NCBI GenBank assembly: GCA_964430885.1 | Contig: CAYSHM010000004.1 | Span: 23,770-87,769, forward strand | Reading direction: 5' to 3' | Origin: an uncultured archaeon | GTDB lineage: Archaea > Thermoplasmatota > Penumbrarchaeia > JASLWR01 | Length of the DNA: 64,000 nucleotides | Shown here: positions 33,929-43,168 of the stretch, piece by piece | How positions within the stretch are numbered: the first letter of the stretch is position 1 | How the letters are laid out: each line of letters begins with the position of its first letter | The notes under the pieces: generated by a model | Seen by the model: the letters and a program-made list of their open reading frames with translations, nothing else | What the model was told of the DNA's origin: nothing | The model's database searches: none | Position numbers and translations under genes: made by a program

Positions 33929-35194
33929 TCAAACCCCTGCGAGAGTGAGGTCCTTATCGCACAAAGACATTTCCTGTTCTTCCCTTATCACCTTGCCGAG
34001 TCTTTTAATACCTTCCTCAATATTTTCATTGGTTGAATAGGAGAAGTTCAGTCTGAATGTTTCCTTTTGAGCTCCATCGGAGAAAAAAGCATCTCCAACA
34101 ACATAGGCCACCTGGTTTGAAATCGCTCTTTTAAACATGGATCTGGCATTCATCCCTGCTGGGAGGGTGACCCATAGAAACATTCCTCCTTTTGGAATGG
34201 TCCATTTTACATCATCGGGGAAATGTTCGTTGATAGCATTGAGCATGATCTTCTGTTTTTCACTATATAATTCAATGGTCTTTTTTAGCTGTTCATCAAG
34301 GTATCCGCCATTGATGTATTTGAAGGCAACATATTGTCCGAAACTGTTGGAGCAGAGGTCCATAGATTGTTTAACCAAGCAAAATTTGTTCAATAATCGA
34401 TCGGAGGCAATTATCCAAGCCAGCCTAAATCCAGGGGCGAGTATTTTTGAAAAGGTTCCCAAATAGATGACCCTTCCCTTTGTATCAAAGGTTTTTATTG
34501 AAGGGGGCGCTTCACCATCAAAGGTAAGTTCTCCGTAGGGATCGTCCTCGACTATGAGCATATCATAGGCCGAAGCGACATCAAGTAGGTTCTTTCTTTT
34601 ATTGACGGACATGGTAATGCCGGATGGATTCTGGTATGTGGGGACGGTATAGATGAACTTGGGATGTATCCCATTCCTTTTCAGCCGCTTGATATTTCTT
34701 ATGAGTCTCTCAATGTTGAATCCGTCCATCTCAAGGGGAATGGATTCACATTTTGCCTCGTATGCCCGGAAAGATTGAATGGCCCCTAGATATGTGGGTG
34801 CCCCAACAATTATGGTATCGCCTGGATCGATAAGGGCATGAGAAATCAGCGATAATCCCTGCTGAGATCCGTGTGTGATAAGAATGTTATCCTTTGTGCA
34901 ATCAATATTCTTTATCCTTCTCATTCTATTGGCAATTTCGGCACGGAGGGACGGTAGACCTTCAGTGGTCCCATACTGAAGAGCTTGAGCAATATCATTT
35001 TCAAATATATCATCAATACATTTCTTCATGGCCTTCACTGGAAAGCTTTTCGGATTCGGCAGTCCGCCGGCAAGAGATATCATGCCCGGTACTTGTGTTA
35101 TCTTTAAAAGCTCTCTGATCTCTGAAGCCTTCAGTTTTTCGCTTCTCGCTGAAAATAATCTGTCAAGATTGACTACCATATGATTACGCTCCAA
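33929..35194 (-). CDS. PLP-dependent aminotransferase, class I/II (Aro8/LysN-like)
   Basis: ISLAGGLPNP, YGTTEGLPSLRAEIA, the catalytic-Lys region GTFSKILAPGFRLAW, and FRLNFS near the C-terminus. Confidence 0.85.
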   Translation of the reverse strand: MERNHMVVNLDRLFSARSEKLKASEIRELLKITQVPGMISLAGGLPNPKSFPVKAMKKCIDDIFENDIAQALQYGTTEGLPSLRAEIANRMRRIKNIDCTKDNILITHGSQQGLSLISHALIDPGDTIIVGAPTYLGAIQSFRAYEAKCESIPLEMDGFNIERLIRNIKRLKRNGIHPKFIYTVPTYQNPSGITMSVNKRKNLLDVASAYDMLIVEDDPYGELTFDGEAPPSIKTFDTKGRVIYLGTFSKILAPGFRLAWIIASDRLLNKFCLVKQSMDLCSNSFGQYVAFKYINGGYLDEQLKKTIELYSEKQKIMLNAINEHFPDDVKWTIPKGGMFLWVTLPAGMNARSMFKRAISNQVAYVVGDAFFSDGAQKETFRLNFSYSTNENIEEGIKRLGKVIREEQEMSLCDKDLTLAGV

Positions 35195-35328
35195 AGCAAT
35201 CTATGATCTAATATTGAATTATTCGAAATTGGGGAATTAACTGACAATGACTGGATTGTTACAACAACTGGAATATAATATTTTATATTTTGCGGAGAAT
35301 TATTCTGCTTGTGCGAATTCACCCATAT

Positions 35329-35916
35329 TTATACTCTCCAGAGATGCAGCAGAAAATCAATTTCCTCTTCAACTATCAAAGAATGACTCTTTTGTTGGGC
35401 AGTGAAAATGTTTAGAGAATTTTTAAAATATTCATCAGGTCCAATATCGGAAATTTCCAAAATGGTATTTCCGAGACTGCATTGAATACTATAATGAAAT
35501 ATTCTTATTCTGCTTCCGTTGCCAAATGTATATGAGGTCAGATTGTCTAGAACATATTCGATAGGCCTTTCTATACCCATCACGAGACTATTTTCATCCA
35601 CCCTGCTGATGTTATCGCGAAGCAAAAGGTCCTCAGTAATAAGCTGAAATACATTCCTATTGATTAATTCCACATTGACAAACTCACCGTCATTGTTCTT
35701 GGTGTAATTGGTTCTTTGAATCGTACACTCTAAAAGCGTGTCTAGAGTATCTCTGCAGTAGTTAGCATCATCTCGGAGCAGTACCGTTCTCTCTACATTT
35801 TGGACAAATGACACATTGAGAAAAACCGATCCGATGATCATGATAAAAAAGAAAAGCATAGCATCAATAAGTGCCGATTGCCCATCCCCATCACTTCCGA
35901 AAACCTTCATGACCAT
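35329..35916 (-). CDS. Hypothetical protein with class-III (type IV pilin/TadE-like) N-terminal signal
   Basis: The N-terminus KVFGSDGDG/QSALIDAMLFFFIMIIGSVFL resembles the G / xxx(V)E(F)A hydrophobic segment of TadE/pilin-like proteins. Overlaps the upstream ORF by 10 nt. Confidence 0.5.
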   Translation of the reverse strand: MVMKVFGSDGDGQSALIDAMLFFFIMIIGSVFLNVSFVQNVERTVLLRDDANYCRDTLDTLLECTIQRTNYTKNNDGEFVNVELINRNVFQLITEDLLLRDNISRVDENSLVMGIERPIEYVLDNLTSYTFGNGSRIRIFHYSIQCSLGNTILEISDIGPDEYFKNSLNIFTAQQKSHSLIVEEEIDFLLHLWRV

Positions 35917-36422
35917 ACCTCCACCTTTAATTGTCCCGGTCTAATATGCTCTTCATCGACCCAGATGTTCACAGGAGAAGTTAAAACATATCTATGCTCC
36001 AAAACGTTCATATCCTTTTGATCAGCCGCATTGGTGATAGAGAGGTTGTAATATTCGATTGAATTAGATAGGTCTTTCAATTCAATATTATAGTGTTTGA
36101 AGGGAGCGGTATTCAGATACCCAGTAAAGTTTTCATGGTTCAGGGTCAATATTTTTTGGTAATGGAACATTCCATTCCTACCATTATAGGTTAGTATAGG
36201 TGAGTTTCGGATATTTTTTATAATCCTTTCTGAATTGCCATAATCTCCGATGTCATCCTTTTGATTACCGTAGTTTTCATATACTCTAATAGCAGAATGG
36301 AAGAAGATGAACAATGATATTACAACAACGAAGAATACGACCATCTCATCATAGAAACCAGCGATCCCATCGGATTCTTTTTCTTTCCCCCATCTTTTTC
36401 TGTTGAATTTCAATTCATGCAC
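35907..36422 (-). CDS. Hypothetical protein with class-III (type IV pilin/TadE-like) N-terminal signal
   Basis: Basic N-terminus KFNRKRWGKEKESDG/IAGFYDEMVVFFVVVISLFIFF, followed by a roughly 120-aa beta-rich domain. Lies 76 nt downstream of the 1057-aa surface protein gene on the same strand. Confidence 0.5.
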   Translation of the reverse strand: MHELKFNRKRWGKEKESDGIAGFYDEMVVFFVVVISLFIFFHSAIRVYENYGNQKDDIGDYGNSERIIKNIRNSPILTYNGRNGMFHYQKILTLNHENFTGYLNTAPFKHYNIELKDLSNSIEYYNLSITNAADQKDMNVLEHRYVLTSPVNIWVDEEHIRPGQLKVEVWS

Positions 36423-36498
36423 CTGATGTCAGTTTAATAGATGTTTCCTAGGAAATCACCCAAATTCAGATGATTAAATTATAAATAAATCCGATTAG

Positions 36499-39400
36499 TT
36501 ACATCCAATCCTCATCTTCCTCCAGGAAAAGTTCATCGTCTGATTCATCATCACCTTCTCTTCCTTGAGGCAAAGCAAGTGTATTATCATCTTTTGGTCC
36601 CCCAGTATGAAGGCTGAGGGGTTTTTCATCTTCCTCATCACCGGATAATATCGGTCCGCCGGAAGTGAAGGAAACCGCATTCTCTTCCTCTTCAACCTCA
36701 CCCTGAAATACAATAGTGTCTTCTTCAGGTTCTTCATTCTCATCCTCCCATTCATCCGGCGCAAATATGTCATCATGATAATCTTCTTCTTCCTCTTTAT
36801 TGTGTTTTCTCTGTCTTAGGGCCAAGAATACCAGTATTATTATTATTAATGCAATTATTAGAAGCCCCACAATAAGTAAACTGTCCCTTCCTTCGGAGGA
36901 TTGTCTTACAAAATCAGAATATGTGTCGAGGTTGTCTTTAATCCAAGAAAATGGTTTTTCCTTTGAGTCATCATTATAATCCAAAGTGATCATGGTATCA
37001 TCGGCCAGTTCTGAACCGAAGTCTATTTCGAATGTGACGCTTCCCGAGTCGTCTGTGGTCCCTGAATATTTCCTCCCATCCAATTCAAAGGAAATACTGA
37101 TGCCGGGAATGTTGTTTCCGTTGGAATCTCTGAAAGGTCCAATTGTAACTTCTTCGGTAATTCCTAATAATACAATCAAGTATCCTCTGATATCTTTGGA
37201 AATGTTCATTGTCGTAGTAAAATCCTTGTATCCTTCCTTTTTGCCAAGTATTTCATAGGTTCCAGTAATCAGTCTCATAGTGAAATTTCCATTGAATGTT
37301 TCGATGAGAGTTCCATCAATAAAAATGTCTGCATCAACAGGAACTATCGAGCCTGAAAATGTGTGGTTGTAATCCAATATGTCCTCAATATTTTCTTCTA
37401 AAGTGATTAAAGCCGTACTAGTGAACTCCTTTTTAAAAAATACGCTGGTAGCCGCTGGATCATAAATTGTCCGATTGATTACCGTATCGTGACTGCCTTT
37501 CCTAGAGAATGTTCCATAACCATATTCATATTCCTCCAATTCGGCATGAATCTTCCAGTAACCTGTTGTTGCGGATTGAGGGAGATCCTCCCTGTCCTCC
37601 CGGTAGGTTTTTAGTCCGGTCTGGGGATATGCCTCTATCTCGGTATTTGATAAGGGAATGTCCAGGAAGTAGAACTTTCCCTCATCATCGGTAACGGCAG
37701 TTAAGTTATACCAAGTCCTGTTGGTAACGTTTATCAAGGATTTTTTGACGACCCCGGCAATAGTAATATCCACCATCATTGAGTCCTTTTCATCAACAAA
37801 TACGATTAATTCAATTGAAACGCCTTCCAAATAATTGCCAACAGTGTCATTTACCGACCCATTCAGTTGTGCGGGGGAGGGAATGGTCTTCTTTATGATG
37901 ATAAAGTTCTGGGTAATCGGGAATGTGTCCAAATTTAATTCCAATTTGATCATGCGCTGGGATGGATAACCTTGTGGATATCCGTCTTCATATCCGTTTT
38001 CAACTATCCAGTCCCAATCCAATTTGGCAATATAATCTTTCATTGGAAGGTTTATGGAATAAAAACCGGACGAATCTGATGTAATGTTGTAATAATTCCC
38101 CCCGTCGTAAATGACAATAGTGGCACCTTCAACAGGCATACCTTCCTGATCTATCACCTTCCCGCTGATAGAGCCGTCATCTGGTGGAAGTACCAACAAA
38201 GAATAATTAAGTCCGTTATTGGTATAATTTCTCCCATTACCCTGATCATCTTCGGTATAGAAGCTGTAATAATGTTCCTGACCTATATGATAAGGATCGG
38301 ATTCCTCATCCCATGTTGCAATCCATTGAAACTGGAAATTCACGATATCGTTCCACTGATTGCCCTGGGGTTCCATTTGATGCTGAACGCCGTCAATAAT
38401 AATATTCACAATTCCCTGGTCATTGTCTATATCACTATAGTTCAAATTAAAGGTTACGGTGTCCCCGGCAGTGATGGAATCGTATGGCATATGCGTTATA
38501 TTGTTCAGAGCTGGAGGTTGGTTGGGGAATGAATCCACATATATCGTGGATGTATTGACCGTTCCAGTAGTTGTTTCTTCCATTTCAATAACATATTCTC
38601 CTTCTTCTTCGATCACGATCCCCTTGTAAGATAGTTCTATGGGATGTCCAGACATGCTTATTGGCGGAATGTTCCTATCGGTGGTATTGATATGTGTAGA
38701 GTCACCGGGATTGTTCGAGGGATAATATGAGAGTACCAATTCTGCCTGAAGCAGACTGTTGCCAGTATTTTCCACAAATACTGATAGCGCAAATTCATAG
38801 CCAGCAAAGACATTTGGAGGTTCGGTTTCTGAAATGTTGAGTTCCACAGCACTGATATTTTGAATGATTATCTGAAAAGTGGTGGAATTGGTTGTGGCAT
38901 TCGGTCTCGTCAAGAAATCATTGGATATGGTAAAGGTGACTTGAAATGTATCTTCGTGGGTAGGCGTCCATCGGAAGTTATTTAATATTGGCTGATCAAC
39001 AGTATCCAGATAGTCAATATCTACAGTGTCACCATCTATGGTTTGATCATTTTGATTGCTGTCTTCTATTTCAAGTTTCAGCTGATAATTACTTGCCGGA
39101 ATGTTGCCAGTATTATTGATAATGCAATTAAGGCTAGTTGTACTTTTGGAGTAGACTCCATTATCGTCACCAATACCGTAAATCTCATAGTTCAAACTGA
39201 ACTGAACAATGTTTCTGAACTCAATATATCGAATTATTTGATCATTGACCATACTGCCAGCAATAGTAGACCATCCTTCAATAATGACTGTTATCTCATA
39301 CCAGCCCTCCTCCTGAAAATTCAATCCGAGCTGTGAATTATGCCTTCCATTCTGGAGATCCCCGTTTCCAGTATCATTATTATCAGTATAGGTTTGATTG

Positions 39401-39672
39401 GCATTATCTATAGCGACAGATGTGTTGACGTTAAGAATATTTTCAGCAAGAGTAAAAGATATTCCTAAAACATGAGGTGTGTTCGAAAATACACCATTCA
39501 CATTCGGATCACCCTTTATTTCCAATGAATTGATTGTTATTTCACCAGCCCGGCCGGAACGGTTTTCACTTCTTTCATTATATTCTCCAAAAATATTTGG
39601 ACTGAGACTGTTTATTAATATCACAACTAGGGCAAAATATAGGTATTTCAATAACGATTTTTTGTTTTTCAT
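36499..39672 (-). CDS. Large surface protein: signal peptide, CARDB-like and CarboxypepD_reg/PEGA-like beta-sandwich domains, TM, 105-aa acidic cytoplasmic tail
   Basis: Signal peptide LYFALVVILINSLSPNIFG. CARDB-like NNTGNIPASNYQLKLEI and ENTGNSLLQAELVLSYY. Regulatory-domain-like ISGKVIDQEGMPVEGATIVIYDG...SDSSGFYSINLP. The TM helix is LLIVGLLIIALIIIILVFLAL, and the tail ends EEDEDWM. Confidence 0.75.
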   Translation of the reverse strand: MKNKKSLLKYLYFALVVILINSLSPNIFGEYNERSENRSGRAGEITINSLEIKGDPNVNGVFSNTPHVLGISFTLAENILNVNTSVAIDNANQTYTDNNDTGNGDLQNGRHNSQLGLNFQEEGWYEITVIIEGWSTIAGSMVNDQIIRYIEFRNIVQFSLNYEIYGIGDDNGVYSKSTTSLNCIINNTGNIPASNYQLKLEIEDSNQNDQTIDGDTVDIDYLDTVDQPILNNFRWTPTHEDTFQVTFTISNDFLTRPNATTNSTTFQIIIQNISAVELNISETEPPNVFAGYEFALSVFVENTGNSLLQAELVLSYYPSNNPGDSTHINTTDRNIPPISMSGHPIELSYKGIVIEEEGEYVIEMEETTTGTVNTSTIYVDSFPNQPPALNNITHMPYDSITAGDTVTFNLNYSDIDNDQGIVNIIIDGVQHQMEPQGNQWNDIVNFQFQWIATWDEESDPYHIGQEHYYSFYTEDDQGNGRNYTNNGLNYSLLVLPPDDGSISGKVIDQEGMPVEGATIVIYDGGNYYNITSDSSGFYSINLPMKDYIAKLDWDWIVENGYEDGYPQGYPSQRMIKLELNLDTFPITQNFIIIKKTIPSPAQLNGSVNDTVGNYLEGVSIELIVFVDEKDSMMVDITIAGVVKKSLINVTNRTWYNLTAVTDDEGKFYFLDIPLSNTEIEAYPQTGLKTYREDREDLPQSATTGYWKIHAELEEYEYGYGTFSRKGSHDTVINRTIYDPAATSVFFKKEFTSTALITLEENIEDILDYNHTFSGSIVPVDADIFIDGTLIETFNGNFTMRLITGTYEILGKKEGYKDFTTTMNISKDIRGYLIVLLGITEEVTIGPFRDSNGNNIPGISISFELDGRKYSGTTDDSGSVTFEIDFGSELADDTMITLDYNDDSKEKPFSWIKDNLDTYSDFVRQSSEGRDSLLIVGLLIIALIIIILVFLALRQRKHNKEEEEDYHDDIFAPDEWEDENEEPEEDTIVFQGEVEEEENAVSFTSGGPILSGDEEDEKPLSLHTGGPKDDNTLALPQGREGDDESDDELFLEEDEDWM

Positions 39673-40109
39673 GGACCTTCCCCTTTTTTGGTTTATCCAT
39701 CTGAATTTTAAGGATTACTATAAGGTGTTGCCTTTATAATCGTTTATTCATAATTATGTTGAAGAAATCTAATATCGGCAATCTTGAACCTGCTTGCTAT
39801 GTATAAGAATATATATAATATTTTTCAACAAGGTATGCGCACCTACTTGTATTATTGCGTCTTGCTTAGCAAACTGTATTAAGTAAGAATGATTTTGCTA
39901 TTGGATATAAATATAATATTAACTCTAAAACCTCAAATAAAAAAGTTAAATTAATATATCATATTTCGATGTAGGAGAAAAATTGAGGAAAAAAAGTAAT
40001 AATGTTTATTAAGGTAGTTCCCTCTACGCCGTAAGGAGCATTTCAAATATTCATTAATAAATATTATCGTTTGAAATAAAAAAGTTCGTAGAGTCTTAAC
40101 AGGGCATAT

Positions 40110-41306
40110 ATGGTTCACATGAAGGAGGATCCTTTGATGAGAAACTTGGTAGATGATATATTAAAGAGAAGGAAGTCTAAGAATAAGGAAACAGTCACAC
40201 CGAAAAAAACATTCACCCCGGAAAAAAAACCGCCGGTTAGGAGGCCTGAACCACAGATGGTCTCTGACCCTCAGGAAGGTATTAGCGATGCAGCGCTAAA
40301 AGCTATTGCTGACAAGATAAAACCTGCAATCAAGATAGTTGGCTGTGGCGGTGCTGGCTGTAATACTATCAATAGGTGCAATGAAGAGATCACCAATGTT
40401 GATATGTATGCTCTAAATACGGATGCTGCTCATTTATATAAAATCAAATCCCCCAACAAACTCCTTATTGGAGAGCATGTTACCAGGGGATTGGGGGCTG
40501 GTGCAAAACCTCAGATAGGTGAGAGAGCCGCCCAGGAAGTAGAACATAAGATAAATGAACTTCTGATGGATGCCAAGATGGTCTTTATAACATGCGGAAT
40601 GGGAGGTGGAACCGGAACCGGATCTGCTCCATATGTTGCCAAACTTGCGAGGGATATGGGTAAAGCTATGACCTTGGCAATAGTGACCTATCCATTTGAA
40701 GCGGAAGGCCTTGCCAGAAGGCAGAATGCACTATGGGGTATTAACAAGCTGAAATCCGTTGCCAATACGGTAATTGTGATCAAGAACGACAAACTCCTAG
40801 AATTGGTACCACGTTTGCCGCTTGATTCGGCTTTCAGGGTAGCTGATGAAATACTCATGAGGTCAATTAAATCCCTTACTGCAATAATCACTGAACCTGG
40901 TCTTATTAATTTGGATTACAACGATGTGGCAAAGGTTATTGTTGACGGTGGCGGATTGGCTATGATAGGAATGGGTAAATCCGATGGTGATGACAGAGTT
41001 ACTGAAGCTGTTGATGAAGCCATAAATTCTCCACTTCTGGATATGGACATCTCAAACGCCAGGAGCTGTTTGATAAATGTTGTAGGCGGTCCAGGAATGA
41101 CTGTAGAGGAAGCAAATGGAGCAGCCGAAATGGTTCAGCAGAAGATAGATCCCAATGCTGAGGTGATATTGGGAGCCCGGATAGATCCGACACTGGAAGG
41201 GGCTTTGGAAATAATGATAGTCCTTACAGGTGTAGTATCTAAAGATATCGATAAAGCTCAAATGAATGATCCATTCGGGGCTTCCAACATACCGTATATT
41301 GAATAG
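40110..41306 (+). CDS. ftsZ: Cell division GTPase FtsZ
   Basis: [14 protein letters not shown] and the tubulin signature [15 protein letters not shown]. There is a roughly 60-aa basic/Pro-rich N-terminal extension. An alternative start is ATG 40137, preceded by GGAGGA. Confidence 0.92.
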   Translation: MVHMKEDPLMRNLVDDILKRRKSKNKETVTPKKTFTPEKKPPVRRPEPQMVSDPQEGISDAALKAIADKIKPAIKIVGCGGAGCNTINRCNEEITNVDMYALNTDAAHLYKIKSPNKLLIGEHVTRGLGAGAKPQIGERAAQEVEHKINELLMDAKMVFITCGMGGGTGTGSAPYVAKLARDMGKAMTLAIVTYPFEAEGLARRQNALWGINKLKSVANTVIVIKNDKLLELVPRLPLDSAFRVADEILMRSIKSLTAIITEPGLINLDYNDVAKVIVDGGGLAMIGMGKSDGDDRVTEAVDEAINSPLLDMDISNARSCLINVVGGPGMTVEEANGAAEMVQQKIDPNAEVILGARIDPTLEGALEIMIVLTGVVSKDIDKAQMNDPFGASNIPYIE

Positions 41307-41383
41307 ATATATTTGTTCATGCAGTGCTGCAACCGATGAGACATCCGTTTTTGGTGTGATAACAATAGGGGTAGGCGATTTTT

Positions 41384-41623
41384 ATGGATATAATGGAAAA
41401 AACATTTTATTTACAGAAACGATTAGAAGGGCGAACTAAGAATCTGGGAAAGGGGAAATACGGCAGGGTATTGCGAATGGCTAGGAAGCCAGGTAAGGAA
41501 GAATACGTTAAGACTCTGCAGATAACGGGTGCGGGATTGGCCCTCATAGGTGCACTTGGTTTTGTCATATTCCTATTTTGGAAAGAAGGCCTTCCATTTT
41601 TGGGCGACCTTCTGGGATTGTAA
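41384..41623 (+). CDS. secE: Protein translocase subunit SecE/Sec61-gamma
   Basis: 79 aa with RMARKPGKEEYVKTLQITGAGLALIGALGFVIFLF (single C-terminal TM). Sits in the canonical position upstream of spt5. Confidence 0.8.
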   Translation: MDIMEKTFYLQKRLEGRTKNLGKGKYGRVLRMARKPGKEEYVKTLQITGAGLALIGALGFVIFLFWKEGLPFLGDLLGL

Positions 41624-41747
41624 GGCGGTTTTTTAATCAAATCAATTGCCCATGGGGAAAATCTTGCTGATTCAGGAATATAAAAGAAAATGAGTTTCTG
41701 TTCTTTGAATTATTACTGTTTAAAAAGATGAATTATGTGGTGGAATA

Positions 41748-42404
41748 ATGTTTGAAAATGAATTTGATATAGTGGAAGAATCCATGGATACGGAGGATTA
41801 TATCAGCCTCAAAAAGCTGGAGGATAAGGCGAGGTTCATAATAGCAATAAAAACTACAATTGGCCGGGAAAAAGATGTGGTTGTCAGCCTCCGGCATAGG
41901 GTCAAGAGTAAGAATAGAGCTAGTTCGGAGATTTTTTCTCTTTTAGCTCCTGGTCGGCTTAGGGGATACGTAATGGTGGAATTTGGATTAAATTATCAAC
42001 AGATCGAGGATATGATAACTGACCCCCATTACCGAGAGGAAGTATTGGAGGAGCTTAACGATCATAAGTTAATAGGCAACGAAAACTCCGTGGTGGGCAG
42101 AATAATCAAAGATAAAATGGATGTGCTCATCAAAGGTTTGAAATATGCTAAAGGTGTTGTAAGGGGAATAACTACTATCGATGAAATTGAGCATTTCCTT
42201 TCACCGCCGCCGCTAGTAAGAGGTATAGATGTAGGAGATATTGTTGAGATTATCAAGGGACCATTCAAGGGTGAAAAGGCGAAGATATCACATAAGGATG
42301 AGTCCAAAGAAAAGGTGACAGTAGAACTGCTTGATGCCATGGTTACCATTCCATTGACAATTAAGGCAGGCCATGTAAGAGTAATTGAAAAGGAGAGGGA
42401 GTAA
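41748..42404 (+). CDS. spt5: Transcription elongation factor Spt5 (NusG homologue), enlarged form
   Basis: NGN core (FIIAIKTTIGREKDV, LRGYVMVEF) and KOW (GDIVEIIKGPFKGEKAKI). 218 aa, with an acidic N-terminal extension and an internal insertion. The stop abuts the rpl11 start. Confidence 0.85.
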   Translation: MFENEFDIVEESMDTEDYISLKKLEDKARFIIAIKTTIGREKDVVVSLRHRVKSKNRASSEIFSLLAPGRLRGYVMVEFGLNYQQIEDMITDPHYREEVLEELNDHKLIGNENSVVGRIIKDKMDVLIKGLKYAKGVVRGITTIDEIEHFLSPPPLVRGIDVGDIVEIIKGPFKGEKAKISHKDESKEKVTVELLDAMVTIPLTIKAGHVRVIEKERE

Positions 42405-42881
42405 ATGCCAGAAACTACAGTAGAAGCTTTAGTAGAGGGCGGCAAAGCAACAGCCGGACCACCCATAGGTCCTGCGCTCGGCCCCCTTGGAGTAAACATA
42501 ATGCAGGTCATTAAGAAGATAAATGAGAGAACAAAATCCTTTAAAGGTATGAGCGTCCCAGTAAAAATAATAGTGGATGATAAGACCAAGGAATTCAGGA
42601 TAACCGTGGGTACGCCCCCCACTTCCTCGCTCATTAAGACGGAACTAGGTATATCATCGGCATCAAAAGAACCAGGAAATGAAATGGTTGGAAACATTAC
42701 TATTGAACAGGCAAAGAAAATAGCGGATATGAAGGACGATGTCATGTATGGAAAAGATCTCAAGAACAAGGTAAAGGTGGTGTTGGGAACATGCGTTTCC
42801 ATGGGAATCACATGTGAAGGTAAACATCCGAAAGAGGTCTGCGAAGAAATATCTAAAGGTTTGCATGATGATAAGTTCTAG
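42405..42881 (+). CDS. rpl11: 50S ribosomal protein L11 (uL11)
   Basis: [21 protein letters not shown] is the uL11 hallmark. GGAGAGGGAG lies upstream. Confidence 0.95.
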   Translation: MPETTVEALVEGGKATAGPPIGPALGPLGVNIMQVIKKINERTKSFKGMSVPVKIIVDDKTKEFRITVGTPPTSSLIKTELGISSASKEPGNEMVGNITIEQAKKIADMKDDVMYGKDLKNKVKVVLGTCVSMGITCEGKHPKEVCEEISKGLHDDKF

Positions 42882-43132
42882 ATGCCGGGAATAATTTAAC
42901 TGAAAAGGATAGATTTGGAAAAATGATAAATAAATCAAATCGAAACATCTGTCAAATCAATTATAAAATATTATAATGAGAACTTCAAACCGTATAATAT
43001 ATAATTAAAGAGGTATTTTCCCCAAGAGAAATCAAAGGATGATATGATATTGAACCATTAAAATGGTCATATATCATTGAATCCTTAATATAATATCAAT
43101 ATCATATATAAATCCTGAACTGGATTGCCTGA

Positions 43133-43161
43133 TGTAGGAGGATCATATCCGTTTAACTACA
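43133..43161 (+). promoter_or_regulatory. Candidate L1 autoregulatory operator (23S rRNA L1-stalk mimic) in the rpl1 leader
   Basis: UGUAG-GA-GGAU(CAU)AUCC-GUUUAA-CUACA folds as a 5-bp helix, an asymmetric GA/GUUUAA internal loop and a 4-bp hairpin. This is the same layout as the Methanococcus L1 mRNA operator as I recall it (GUGAAG-GA-GGCU...AGCC-GAGAAA-CUUCAC). It lies immediately 5' of the rpl1 SD/start. Hypothesis only. Confidence 0.3.
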
Positions 43162-43168
43162 CAGGGAG

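Noticed and set aside
39673-40109. AT-rich 437-nt spacer considered as a replication origin
   Set aside because: I saw no ORB-like inverted repeats and no orc1/cdc6 neighbour. Only a single duplicated 13-mer is present, so a divergent promoter region is the simpler reading.
42062-42811. 249-aa minus-strand ORF
   Set aside because: It lies antisense to the unmistakable spt5 and rpl11 genes. Its translation is low-complexity (S/T/I-rich) and has no motifs.
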